A stretch of DNA of 32,602 nucleotides from Nemertoderma westbladi (taxonomy: Eukaryota; Animalia; Xenacoelomorpha). Location: NCBI GenBank assembly GCA_032718475.1, contig JAUCBJ010002530.1, forward strand, positions 1 through 32,602, read 5' to 3'. The translations under genes were made by a program, and so were the position numbers. Numbering within the stretch: position 1 is the first letter of the stretch; each line of letters opens with the position of its first letter. Below are positions 32,471-32,602 of this stretch, one piece after another. The notes under the pieces were generated by a model. The model was not told the origin of the DNA and did no database searches. It worked only from the letters and a program-made list of their open reading frames with translations.

Positions 32471-32602
32471 AAACTGGACGCAATAAAAATTCATCCCTCT
32501 CCAGGGGAAATTCGCACTGCAAAAATAAAACTGTAACCTGTTCTATTGTGTTTAGTTTATTGTTTTGGTTAAAATCACGTGCCACTGTAACCTGCTCCTT
32601 TC

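Overview
AT-rich animal (probably invertebrate) genomic DNA; it is not prokaryotic. The backbone is the 5' part of a minus-strand OSBPL9/ORP9 oxysterol-binding-protein-related gene. I assembled six phase-compatible coding exons by hand (29303 to 8951) covering the PH domain, coiled region and FFAT motif; the ORD exons must lie left of the window. The introns and upstream region are packed with DNA transposons and tandem arrays: (1) an intact-looking Sola2-type element (9-3680; 27-bp TIRs, ATTT TSD, 716-aa transposase); (2) a 4.9-kb foldback/MULE-like element with satellite arms and a 9-bp TSD; (3) a 3.7-kb CACTG-ended EnSpm/CACTA-like element carrying two satellites; (4) a 1.5-kb IS3EU-like element (6-bp TSD) nested in a piggyBac relic. 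Two observations stand out. First, three of the six ORP9 exons have their exon end plus 5' splice site amplified into tandem arrays (about 94, 9 and 3 copies), and read-through of each hits an in-frame stop. Second, the IS3EU-like element keeps the convergent 3' ends of a transposase gene and a HECT E3 ubiquitin-ligase gene, which implies a parental transposon encoding a ubiquitin ligase. Family assignments come from recalled motifs and terminal structures, not from database searches.
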